From: a virus | Reading direction: 5' to 3' (one strand) | DNA length: 64,000 nt | Virus record (IMG/VR): IMGVR_UViG_3300024999_000045 | Location: 32,001-96,000 of that record | Shown here: positions 48,200 to 57,800 of the stretch, in pieces | Layout: each line of letters opens with the position of its first letter | Numbering within the stretch: position 1 is the stretch's first letter | Made by a program: the position numbers and the translations under genes | Notes under the pieces: generated by a model | Database searches by the model: none | The model's input: the letters and a program-made list of their open reading frames with translations, nothing else | Told to the model about the DNA's origin: nothing

Positions 48200-48204
48200 A
48201 AACA

Positions 48205-48876
48205 TTATTTTTTTTCTAGTAATCCTACTCTATCTAAAATGGTCAATAATTCACCCCATGTTATATTGGAATACAAATCTTTTCCATTTTGAATTAATCC
48301 ACTTAATATTGCTTTATCTAGAACTGGTTTAGCCCAGTGTTCTGTTTTAGGTGTAATCATTTTATCTTCTCCTTTTTTAAATATGAAATATTTTTGGCAT
48401 TGCTGCTTAAAAGTACTAATACTAGCCTTTGTTCTTACGGTACTATTAGGATCATGCACAATAATATTTCCATCCTTGACATCGTAAGCTAATATAAAAT
48501 GTCCTCCTTGGGTAAAGTAACCCTTAGTCATACTACAAACTACTAGAGCACCTTCTTGTAAATGTTTAACCACATCATCAGTTTTATATGATTCAATTAA
48601 TTTTAAATTATATTTCTTAGCAATAAATGGAAAGAATTTAAAATCAGTCCCAGAATTCACAGTTCTATACCCATTATCAACACATAATTTAGCAACAAAA
48701 TCAGGTAATATAGTAGTGTCATTCAGCAATGTTGATAATATCATAGCAGCACAAGTAATTCCACAACCACTTGAACCTATAGTTTGTTTTGGATTATTAG
48801 TAGAGGTGAAGCGTATTAAGCTCCACCTTTTGTTTGTTTGTAAATAATAATTTGGTTTAATTTTCATAATATTCAC
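48205..48876 (-). CDS. endolysin, C39-like peptidase with SLH-like C-terminus
   Basis: YYLQTNKRW, SGCGITCAAM, GGHFI, HDPNS; HWAK...ITWGELLTIL; next to the holin. Confidence 0.8.
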   Translation of the reverse strand: MNIMKIKPNYYLQTNKRWSLIRFTSTNNPKQTIGSSGCGITCAAMILSTLLNDTTILPDFVAKLCVDNGYRTVNSGTDFKFFPFIAKKYNLKLIESYKTDDVVKHLQEGALVVCSMTKGYFTQGGHFILAYDVKDGNIIVHDPNSTVRTKASISTFKQQCQKYFIFKKGEDKMITPKTEHWAKPVLDKAILSGLIQNGKDLYSNITWGELLTILDRVGLLEKK

Positions 48877-48895
48877 CCTCTTATCTAAGTTTTAA

Positions 48896-49093
48896 TTAAA
48901 ACTTAACTTTATCCGTTGGATTATTAGTTACTCCAACAATTCCTGCAATACCAAAAATAGTATCAACAATTGCTCTTAATGTTCCTTCTGGCATTCCAAT
49001 TACATCATAAAATCCATAATTACCCATTATTAAAAATACAATTGACGCTAAACCTGTCCATAATACTGGACTTTTTAATCTTGATTGATTCAT
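48896..49093 (-). CDS. holin
   Basis: 65 aa, two TM segments, SRLKSPVLW...GVTNNPT pattern. Confidence 0.85.
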   Translation of the reverse strand: MNQSRLKSPVLWTGLASIVFLIMGNYGFYDVIGMPEGTLRAIVDTIFGIAGIVGVTNNPTDKVKF

Positions 49094-49095
49094 AA

Positions 49096-49440
49096 TTATC
49101 CCTCCAATCCTTTTTTTATGAAATAATATGCTAAACCTATGCCACCACTAACCACTGCGGTGCTAATAGTAATAAAAAACCATTTAGTAACACCACTAAT
49201 AACATCATTAATAGTTTTTGTAACTTCTTTCATATTTTCATTAATTGTCTCAGTAATGCTATTAATAGTTACAACTAAATCATCTATTTTCCCACATAAA
49301 TTATTAATATCTTTTGAGTGACCAAGACCCTCGAGTTTTAATTTCATTATTTCTTCCTCGTGTAATTTTAATTCTTCAGTATGCCCCTTTAATTCTTCAG
49401 ATATATTCTTATGTTTTTCTTTGCACAATTCTTCGTTCAT
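49096..49440 (-). CDS. XhlA-like lysis accessory protein
   Basis: Coiled coil plus C-terminal TM directly upstream of the holin. Confidence 0.65.
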   Translation of the reverse strand: MNEELCKEKHKNISEELKGHTEELKLHEEEIMKLKLEGLGHSKDINNLCGKIDDLVVTINSITETINENMKEVTKTINDVISGVTKWFFITISTAVVSGGIGLAYYFIKKGLEG

Positions 49441-49557
49441 CTGTGATCTACCTTTCTCTCAAAGAGCATAAAATTAGATTAATAAGTAAAATATATGAAA
49501 CCTTACGGTATAATTGAGAAATTTATATAAAAGAACTAAATGTTCTGGAATAAAATA

Positions 49558-49591
49558 AAAAGACAACAATATTTCAATTCTGTTGTCTTTT
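49558..49591. terminator. stem-loop
   Basis: AAAAGACAACA/TGTTGTCTTTT. Confidence 0.6.
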
Positions 49592-49626
49592 TTATAATAT
49601 TTTGAAGTTTTTAGTATAATTTAAGC

Positions 49627-49670
49627 AAAACACACTAAAATCACCATTTTCCTTGATTTTAGTGTGTTTT
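49627..49670. terminator. stem-loop downstream of the tail genes
   Basis: 17 bp perfect stem AAAACACACTAAAATCA/TGATTTTAGTGTGTTTT. Confidence 0.7.
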
Positions 49671-49806
49671 GAGGTATTTTTGTTATTTTTCAGAAAATCG
49701 AAAATCAAGAATGTAGTCGTACCAAGGGCTGCGGGGTTCGTGTTTTTTGATAAAATAAGCATTTTATTTAAAGTGTTAAATTATAATTTAAATTAATAAA
49801 AGCACC

Positions 49807-50028
49807 CTAGATGGATGCTTCTTCAACTGGTATATCTACATACTCATACCAAACTTCTTCAGTTTCTTTTCTTGCTTTTAATATTGCATACTTGCCTTCT
49901 ATTTCGTCTGCAATTGGTAATGTTTCTATCTGTATTGCTTGCAACTTTTCTTCTTCAGTTAATGTATTACCTTGTACAATTACACTTGCAAAATTGTCTT
50001 TACCATCAAATATATATATCATTATCAA
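49807..50028 (-). CDS. small tail-associated protein (possible chaperone)
   Basis: EGKYAILK...EVWYEYVD pattern; follows the propeller gene. Confidence 0.55.
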   Translation of the reverse strand: MIMIYIFDGKDNFASVIVQGNTLTEEEKLQAIQIETLPIADEIEGKYAILKARKETEEVWYEYVDIPVEEASI

Positions 50029-51032
50029 ACCCTCCCATATCCTAGTAAATTATAAAAATTGTTATATCTTCTTATTGTGTTTGTAGTAGAACCTCCAGCA
50101 TACAGATATTTACCATCTAATGCTATGCCCCACACACTACCACCATAATCTGATGTTGAGGTAATGTTAGTATATGTGGTTTTGCTATATTTTTTAACAA
50201 CATTAAAGGTATCACCACCGACATAAAAATAGTCATCATCAAGTATTATTTTTTGAATAATGCCGCCAACATTTGGTGTTGAAGCAATATATGCTAATGT
50301 TGATTTATTATATTTTCTAACAGTTTGAATTGTATCACCACCTGCATAGATATAAGTGTCATCAACTGCTATCGAATTTATTTGCCCTCCATAACTAGCT
50401 GTTTCCCCTACATATGCTAATGTGGATTTATCATATTTTCTAACAGTTAGAGTTGTAGCACCACCAACATATACATAAGTGTCATCAACTGCTAAAGCAT
50501 AAATCCCAGCTCCATAACTAGCTGTTGTCCCTACATACGCTAATGTGGATTTATCATATTTTCTGACCATAGCGTAGGCGTGAGAACTCACATAAATATA
50601 ACTATCATCATCAACCATTGAATGTATAGCAGTAGCAAAAAGAGGTGACTCGCTTATATATGCCAGTGTTGATTTCAAATATTTTCTAACAGTTAGAGTT
50701 GTAGCACCACCAACATATACATAAGTGTCATCGACTAGTATCGAATTTATTTGCCCCCCATAAGACGGGGTTTCCCCAATATAACTTAAATCTGATTTCA
50801 AATATTTTCTAACAGTTAGAGTTGTAGCACCACCAACATATACATAAGTGTCATCAACTGCTAAAGTATAAATCCACCCACCATATGTCACACTTGCAAA
50901 CGAATGAGCGGAAGTTAATGTTCTATCCATAATTGCTTTATATACATTATCATCAACGTCTACAACAACGCCTTTAGATACATCTACTGCACTTTTTACA
51001 CTTTTAACCTTACCTAAAACAACTGCATCCAT
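50025..51032 (-). CDS. beta-propeller repeat protein, putative receptor-binding protein
   Basis: About seven 41-aa repeats of SYGGQINSIAVDDTYVYVGGATTLTVRKYDKSTLAY; distal end of the tail module. Confidence 0.7.
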   Translation of the reverse strand: MDAVVLGKVKSVKSAVDVSKGVVVDVDDNVYKAIMDRTLTSAHSFASVTYGGWIYTLAVDDTYVYVGGATTLTVRKYLKSDLSYIGETPSYGGQINSILVDDTYVYVGGATTLTVRKYLKSTLAYISESPLFATAIHSMVDDDSYIYVSSHAYAMVRKYDKSTLAYVGTTASYGAGIYALAVDDTYVYVGGATTLTVRKYDKSTLAYVGETASYGGQINSIAVDDTYIYAGGDTIQTVRKYNKSTLAYIASTPNVGGIIQKIILDDDYFYVGGDTFNVVKKYSKTTYTNITSTSDYGGSVWGIALDGKYLYAGGSTTNTIRRYNNFYNLLGYGRV

Positions 51033-51530
51033 CTAACTCACCACCGTATCTGTATAATTTCCGTCAACATCAAAATTATATTCCAATGTGACAGTTTCTA
51101 ATGTACTTAAAGTTCTTACTTCTGTAATTTTAGTTGCTGTGTAAGTGAAATTATCTGTTCTGATTATGTTAGTTAAATTACCTGTTTCCTTGTGTTCTAC
51201 TTTGGTTATATCTTCACCTGTGTAAGTCGGAATTTGGGTTGTTCCTTGGATGCTGTCATTATAAAGCAAATTATATTTATTTATATTATTCGATATTTCA
51301 TCAACATTACTTTGTTCTGCCTTATTATTAAAATCAGTAGCAGTAGTAAGATAAGGCTGTAAAACTGTAAATAATTGTGATAATAAATCACTTTCATTAG
51401 TATAAGTATATGTGGTTCCACTACTTATACTAATATAAGACCCAGATATAACCCCAAGACTTTCTTTAAAAGCCAGTTCATTGTATTTCTTTGCTTCACT
51501 TTTTAATGATGATAGTAAGTCATATTTCAA
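51033..51530 (-). CDS. tail/baseplate protein
   Basis: Position; IIRTDNFTY...ITEVRTL motif. Confidence 0.55.
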   Translation of the reverse strand: MKYDLLSSLKSEAKKYNELAFKESLGVISGSYISISSGTTYTYTNESDLLSQLFTVLQPYLTTATDFNNKAEQSNVDEISNNINKYNLLYNDSIQGTTQIPTYTGEDITKVEHKETGNLTNIIRTDNFTYTATKITEVRTLSTLETVTLEYNFDVDGNYTDTVVS

Positions 51531-51545
51531 ATCAATTTCTCCTTT

Positions 51546-51845
51546 CTATTTAATAAAATCTATAATAATATTATTTAATGAATTTCCTATTGCAAGAACA
51601 TAACACTCCCAACCAGTAGCAACAGATAATCCTTGACGTATTTTTACATTTGGAATTATATTTTCACTGCCCATTAATTTAATATTAGCTGTACCGTCCC
51701 CGTTGTTTATAACTATTTTAGCTGGATAATGATTATCGAATTTTACTTTTTTTAATTCTTTTTGAACATTTTCATGTATAATATCTTTAAACCAATTAAT
51801 AAATCTTGGGTCATCAAAACTAATTTGTTGTTTATAATCACTCAT
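51546..51845 (-). CDS. small baseplate protein
   Basis: Position; YPAKIV...GDGTANIKL OB-like pattern. Confidence 0.5.
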   Translation of the reverse strand: MSDYKQQISFDDPRFINWFKDIIHENVQKELKKVKFDNHYPAKIVINNGDGTANIKLMGSENIIPNVKIRQGLSVATGWECYVLAIGNSLNNIIIDFIK

Positions 51846-51857
51846 TTAATCACCTTT

Positions 51858-52961
51858 CTATTCCCAAATTTGGCGTCCTTTCCATACATTCATAGACATT
51901 TGTCCATCATTAAGCAGAGGAAATGAAACACTTTTAACTAAATAACGGTCATTTAACCCATTCCCAGAATCCACAATTGAAATTACACTTCCACCTTCAA
52001 TAATATCTATAGGTATAGATTCAACATCAACTGATTCGACTATTGATATTCTATTTAATAATTCGTACGCTGCTCTCTGCTCACATAAATTTACAGTGGA
52101 TATTAAATCATCTGTAATAACTTCTACTTTTTCACCAATTAAATCAACTCTTGTTGGAGAATTAGGATTTGTATCAGAACTTGTTGCAGAAACTAATACA
52201 CCATTTACGTTATCACCCAAAATTTTAATGAAATTCTTTACCTTACTAAATTCAAATCTTCTGCTAGATCCTAAATAGTTAACTTCAGTAGTTTTAAATT
52301 CCCAAACTACACCTTTAGTTAAATAATCAGGTTGTGGTTCAAACCTAGGAAATCCATCATTGTCAAAATAGCATGTGTAAGATAACATTTGCGATAACTT
52401 AATTAATATATCTGCAAATGTTTCTCCAGCGGAAACTATCAAAGTATATGGTGAAATTTCATTTGTTGGATAAATAATAGGAACCTTAACTTCGCCAGCC
52501 TCTTGGAAAACACCTTTAATTGCAGCTTGAATACTAGTTCCTACTGGGATTATATAATCATTTTTTAATGGATTTTCTAACAATACCCACTTATCATATA
52601 ATTGAACACTCATTGATTTGTCAGATAATTTTGAAGTTACTTCTGGTTCACCAGTTACAAATATTCCTCTTGAAACATAATAAGGTTCGCCATTAACAAT
52701 ATGTCCTGAGAACACTTTTATTTTAGAATTGATCCAGAATAATTTTTCTGGGTCTGGTGTATATAAACCTTTTGAATTATCTAGACTTAGATTACAGTTT
52801 CGCCGAGCGCCGAGATTGTCACTCATTTGCAAATCACCAGATATTAAATCTCTAGTAATTTCACTAACAACATTCTCGAGTCCATCTAAAATTTGGATTT
52901 TACAAATTCTTTTTGCACTTGCAGCCTTCATTGTGGTTACGAAATCAGAAAATAAACTCAT
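51858..52961 (-). CDS. baseplate hub / tail-associated protein
   Basis: Position after Dit-like genes; YVSRGIF...LYDKW...YFDNDG pattern. Confidence 0.6.
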   Translation of the reverse strand: MSLFSDFVTTMKAASAKRICKIQILDGLENVVSEITRDLISGDLQMSDNLGARRNCNLSLDNSKGLYTPDPEKLFWINSKIKVFSGHIVNGEPYYVSRGIFVTGEPEVTSKLSDKSMSVQLYDKWVLLENPLKNDYIIPVGTSIQAAIKGVFQEAGEVKVPIIYPTNEISPYTLIVSAGETFADILIKLSQMLSYTCYFDNDGFPRFEPQPDYLTKGVVWEFKTTEVNYLGSSRRFEFSKVKNFIKILGDNVNGVLVSATSSDTNPNSPTRVDLIGEKVEVITDDLISTVNLCEQRAAYELLNRISIVESVDVESIPIDIIEGGSVISIVDSGNGLNDRYLVKSVSFPLLNDGQMSMNVWKGRQIWE

Positions 52962-53806
52962 TATTCTTCACCAACTTCCACCCATTTGAAGCTAATGGAA
53001 TAAATTTGACTACCTAATTTGTCATTATATTTAATACTAAATCCATGAGTAATTACTTTTGCGGAGAATCCATTTCCGTTTTTCAATATCTTAACTTCAC
53101 CATCATAGATAAAATTTTCTATAGCTACTAATAAATCATTATTGATTACTAAATCTCCGTCGTTTAATTGGTATGGTATCGCAGTAATTCCACCGACTTT
53201 GTACCTGCTCTCGCCAAATCTAACTGCTGCATATTTAGTGTTGTTTTTATATATATTAACGTCATCCTCATTATTTATAGAGTCTGTTTCAACTTCCATA
53301 TCAAATGTATAACTAATTTGTGAATCTAAACTTGTTAATATCCAATTATCAAATACCACCATATTTTGTGCCTCCAATCCGAGTCCTTCTATTGAATTAC
53401 TTACTGGATAAATTGTGTAATCATATTCAGTTGAACTTTTTGGTGTATAATCAATATAAGAAGAATCAATACTAGAACTATTTAAAGTAGCAATTAATTT
53501 ATAAATCTGCTCGTTTTTTTCTTTTCTTCTTATTTTCCATTGAGTTATTGGTAGTCCATCATTTTGTAGATTTCCACCTTCAAGGTTTTCATTGAAATTT
53601 GCCAAAAATAAACTATCTAAATTCCATTGTTGTTCAATATTTGTGTTGATTATTTCATCATCAGATATAGTAATTCTTTTCATACTGATATTATCTAAAT
53701 AACACTTACCAACAAATTTAACTGAATTATATTGTTTTTGAGGTGGTATAGCAGTCACATTTATACTGTCCCCAAGCACATTTATAGATAAAAACATTAA
53801 TACCAC
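52961..53806 (-). CDS. distal tail protein
   Basis: Position; FN3-like segment WKIRR...YIDY...YDYTIYPV. Confidence 0.55.
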   Translation of the reverse strand: MVLMFLSINVLGDSINVTAIPPQKQYNSVKFVGKCYLDNISMKRITISDDEIINTNIEQQWNLDSLFLANFNENLEGGNLQNDGLPITQWKIRRKEKNEQIYKLIATLNSSSIDSSYIDYTPKSSTEYDYTIYPVSNSIEGLGLEAQNMVVFDNWILTSLDSQISYTFDMEVETDSINNEDDVNIYKNNTKYAAVRFGESRYKVGGITAIPYQLNDGDLVINNDLLVAIENFIYDGEVKILKNGNGFSAKVITHGFSIKYNDKLGSQIYSISFKWVEVGEE

Positions 53807-53809
53807 CCC

Positions 53810-54850
53810 TTATTCTAAAATTTCTGTGTAAGTTTCTGTTACAATAATAACTTTGTTATGTTTAACTCCAATTAAAAAATAGCCTTCTGGAATTATCCTT
53901 GGGCTACCTGCTGTAATTCTATATTGATTTTTGAAATAATATCTCTGACCATCATATCCAAAACTAAAATCATCATCTAGTTTAAATAAATCACCATTAA
54001 AATCACTTAATAATTTTATATAATAAACACAAGTAAATTCTTGTGGAATTAAGGTATTAAAAGATAAAATTGAACCACTTTCTAATTCTAGACTATAATT
54101 ATATTTACCTAATGCAAAACTATAATCACCTTCAACTTCACCTATTATTTGAACTAGATTTGACCATTCTAATTTTAATGCACCATATTTTTCAATCGGC
54201 GTTATATAAAATTCAGGTATGTTATCTGGATATGAGTAGTTTGAAGTAAAATTAAATAATTCACTTTCTGCGCTCATATCATTTTGGTCAATAATAAATA
54301 CTTTGATATTATATGTTAAACCACTAACCATCCCAGTTATTTCATGATTAATAGTGGTATTTGGAACTGAAGAATTAAATAGAAATCCAGTGTCAAATAC
54401 AATCCCATTGACTAATTCATTATCATATAAAACAACCTTATAAGATTTTAAATTAACACCATTTAAGTGATTATATAAGAATGAAAAAGTGTAATTTTGT
54501 GAACTTATACTAGATGGAACACTCATTGTAATTGTAGGTTTTAATCTTGCTTGAAATAATACCCAATCGGATTCTACATATTCTGTGTCATTATAATAAA
54601 CTCTAACTAAATATTTATAATCGTTAGCATTAATTAAAGTGTTTGCAATTAAAGTTAGCGTTTCTTCAGATGATATTATTTTTGTAGAGTCATAAACTTG
54701 AACATTATCATCATTTTTTCTTATAAAAAGTTGAAATGCAACAGATTGAGTTTCGTCTGTTGCATTAACTTCCCATGTAAATATTATGTTTTGTGTCGCA
54801 TCTACCCCAACACTGTTAGAAGGGGATAAAAAGGTTGGTGAATACATCAT
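53810..54850 (-). CDS. tail protein with Ig/FN3-like repeats
   Basis: Directly downstream of the tape measure gene; beta-rich repeats. Confidence 0.55.
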   Translation of the reverse strand: MMYSPTFLSPSNSVGVDATQNIIFTWEVNATDETQSVAFQLFIRKNDDNVQVYDSTKIISSEETLTLIANTLINANDYKYLVRVYYNDTEYVESDWVLFQARLKPTITMSVPSSISSQNYTFSFLYNHLNGVNLKSYKVVLYDNELVNGIVFDTGFLFNSSVPNTTINHEITGMVSGLTYNIKVFIIDQNDMSAESELFNFTSNYSYPDNIPEFYITPIEKYGALKLEWSNLVQIIGEVEGDYSFALGKYNYSLELESGSILSFNTLIPQEFTCVYYIKLLSDFNGDLFKLDDDFSFGYDGQRYYFKNQYRITAGSPRIIPEGYFLIGVKHNKVIIVTETYTEILE

Positions 54851-54868
54851 TATATTTTACCCCTTTCT

Positions 54869-57800
54869 TTATGATCTAGTTTTTCTAGTGATTTGGTGCA
54901 TAAAATCAGTTACATCATTAGTTTGAACATTAACGCTATCTTTGCCAAAGTTAAAGTTATTTTCTATAGTTTGACCACCAATCCCAGCTAAAGTAGTAGG
55001 CATATTGAATGTTGGAAGTTTAATATTTGCAACTATATCTTTTACAATATTTAAACCTTCTAAGAAATTAGGAGTATCTGTATCATTTAGTAGTAATTCT
55101 TTTTTATGAACATACATTAAGCCTTCTTGGTTTCCAGTATATAAACCAGTTTCACCAGTTACAAGACTACTTTTATATGAACCGTCAGCTTTAACTCCTG
55201 TTATTTTATAATCTCCACCAGCAGTTTTCACTATAGTTCCTACACTTAAACCTTTTTGTGCCGTTCCATCTGCTTGGGCTTTTACTACTGTTGGGGCTGT
55301 AGATTTAGAACCATTATTTAGAATATTTCCAATAATTTCTTTCCCTTTGTCAATGAAACTTTCAACTTTATCAACAGTATTAGATACAAAAGTTCCTCCA
55401 CTACTTTTACTAGAACCACCAGATGAAGGTATTTTACTTGGGTCAATATTATCACCAGTTAATAATGCATTTTTAGCAGTTAATTTAGCAAATTCAGCGG
55501 CTTCATATTTAACCATTGCATCTACATTACCTTTAAATTTAATAAATAAATTAGAATAGTGTATGTCGTATATTTTTTCAATACCAGCAAAATGTTTATC
55601 AAGTTTAATCTTTTCTTCGTCATTAGCTTTTTCAATAACATTACTTTGCTCATCAAATGCTTTCTTTTTAGTATCAATTAAACCTTTTTGATAATCAATT
55701 TCTGCTTTTAAACCATCTTGTTGTTTTCCAAATGCAATGTCTTTTTCCCAGTCAGCATAATCGGATTCCATACCGTAAAGAGTTTCGGTTTCTTGTTTTA
55801 TCTTACGTGGATCACTAACCCATTCCCAAGCACCATTTTGAAAGATTTTAACGTCTTTCTCAGCTTTGATATTTGCAAGTTTTAACCTTTGTTCTTCTAA
55901 GTCAAGAAGTTTTTTAGCTCTCGTCTCTTCTTCTTCTTTTTCCTTATTAGTAGCAACAAGTATATCAAGTTTTTCTTGAAGGGCGTCTATTGTTGCATTA
56001 ACACTATCTTCATAATCACTTTGGTTAGAACCATATATATCTTCTTCAATATTAGCAATTTTTTGTTTTTGTTTTTCCTCAAGTTGAAGATATTTATTTT
56101 CTTTATCTAAATCAACTATGCGTTTTGATAGTGCTTTTGCATTTTCTACCATATTAAGATTTGTTTCTTTAATTTCTTGATTTGTAGACTTTAAAACCGA
56201 TTCAAGTTTCTCTTTAGTGGAAATAAATATATCATCTGTCTTATTTACCTCAGAAGTTGTACTTTCTAACTCAGAAAGTGATTTTGTGGTTTCTTTAACA
56301 ATAGAATTATTAGCTGATAATTGTGCTTTTAAATTCTCATATTTTCCACTAAAATCATCGTCTTTTAGTAGTTTTTCGTTGTCTTTTAGCGTTTCTAACT
56401 CATTATTGAACGGTTTTAGAGCGTTTTCAGAGTCTTGAAATAAAATGGATATTTTATTTGAAGATATTGTTTGATTAAGAGAGAAAATCTCTTTATTTAA
56501 TGCCATTCCAGCGTTTTCGTTGTCTTTATACAAATCTTTTAAAGTTTTAAGAGTATTTTTAACACCTTCGACTCTATCTTGTTCGTCAGGATTATCTATT
56601 AGTGAATTAAATAAATTTTTATAAGTGTCTGTTTCATTATTATTCTCATCAAACCATTCATTGCTATTGTCATATCCAGAAGATTTTCTAACACTATCCG
56701 CTGTTTTTGATAAATTATTATTTGCAATATCAAGTTGGCCTAATTTGATTTTTCTGTTTTCAAGTAATTCAAGTGTTTTTTCTTCTTCTTTATTGTAATC
56801 TTTTTGTTGTTTGGCAATTTCAATTTGATATTCTAAAATTTCTGCTTTACGTTCTGTTTGTAATTGATCATAACTTATTGAATTTATGATATATTCCTTT
56901 GAATCTTTTAATGACCCTTTTGAGGAAGTATCTTTATCGGGATCGGGATCTGGAGTTCCATTTCCCACAATTGGATCCTTTATCACTACAGGGTCATTTA
57001 TTTCTTTAATAAGTTTTTCTATATCGGTTATTTGGTCTAAATAGTCTTGAGCTTCCTGTACTAATTCTCCAGATTTAATACCTTTAGTTAAAAATGCCTC
57101 TTGCATTTTTTTTGTAGATTCCTCGTTTAACTCCCAAACAAAATCTTTTTCATTTTTATATTTTTCATCTTTTAATTTTGCTCCCAAAATTTCATTAGCG
57201 AAAATACTTGCGGGATCAGACATTCCAAAATTAGTAGATTCAACCCCATAGTTAGCGGCTAAACTAGCCATTTGATTATAAGTTACAGTTTTTTTACCTT
57301 TAACAGATTCCCCTGCATTATAATATTTTCCACCAAGCGCAGATTCATCTACAACTACTTTTTCATAATGTTTTTTTTCTAATGCTAATAATTTCTTTTT
57401 AGCATCAAGAGACTCTATATAAGCAGCTTTCTCTGCATTGCTAAATGCTTTTACTTTATTTGTTGCTTCAACATATGAATTTCCTAATATATCTACTTTA
57501 TCTGCTAATTGTGGGAATAATTTTGCCATTTCAATTTGAATACTATGAAGTTTTTGTTCTTCCTCTTTTGTTCCTTTAGAAGCTTTTTTTAGTTCATCAT
57601 ATTCAGATGCAAGACTATCTAAAGTTTTTATTTTAGAATTGTTCCCTTTTATTTCTTCTGCTGTACTTTTGGCGGATTTAAGATTTTCCTCGTGTAATTT
57701 TTTTGCATTATCCGCTGCTTTTTGTGATGCATTACCCCACAACATTAATCCACCAACTATTGCACCTATTAATAATGGTATTCCGCCAACTAATATATTC

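Larger units (their letters stand above)
259..49767 (+). repeat. dispersed TAAAA-N6-TTTTAT palindromic element (about 23 copies at gene boundaries)
   Basis: Copies start at 259, 469, 1038, 1483, 3094, 4061, 6907, 8580, 9614, 29424, 31150, 32457, 32698, 32924, 33163, 33645, 34173, 35930, 36815, 37124, 37934, 39266, 49751; several are degenerate. Confidence 0.7.

Noticed and set aside
50025-51032. Diversity-generating retroelement explanation for the repeats in the propeller gene
   Set aside because: The repeats are in-frame blade units without adenine-specific differences, and no reverse transcriptase is in the window.
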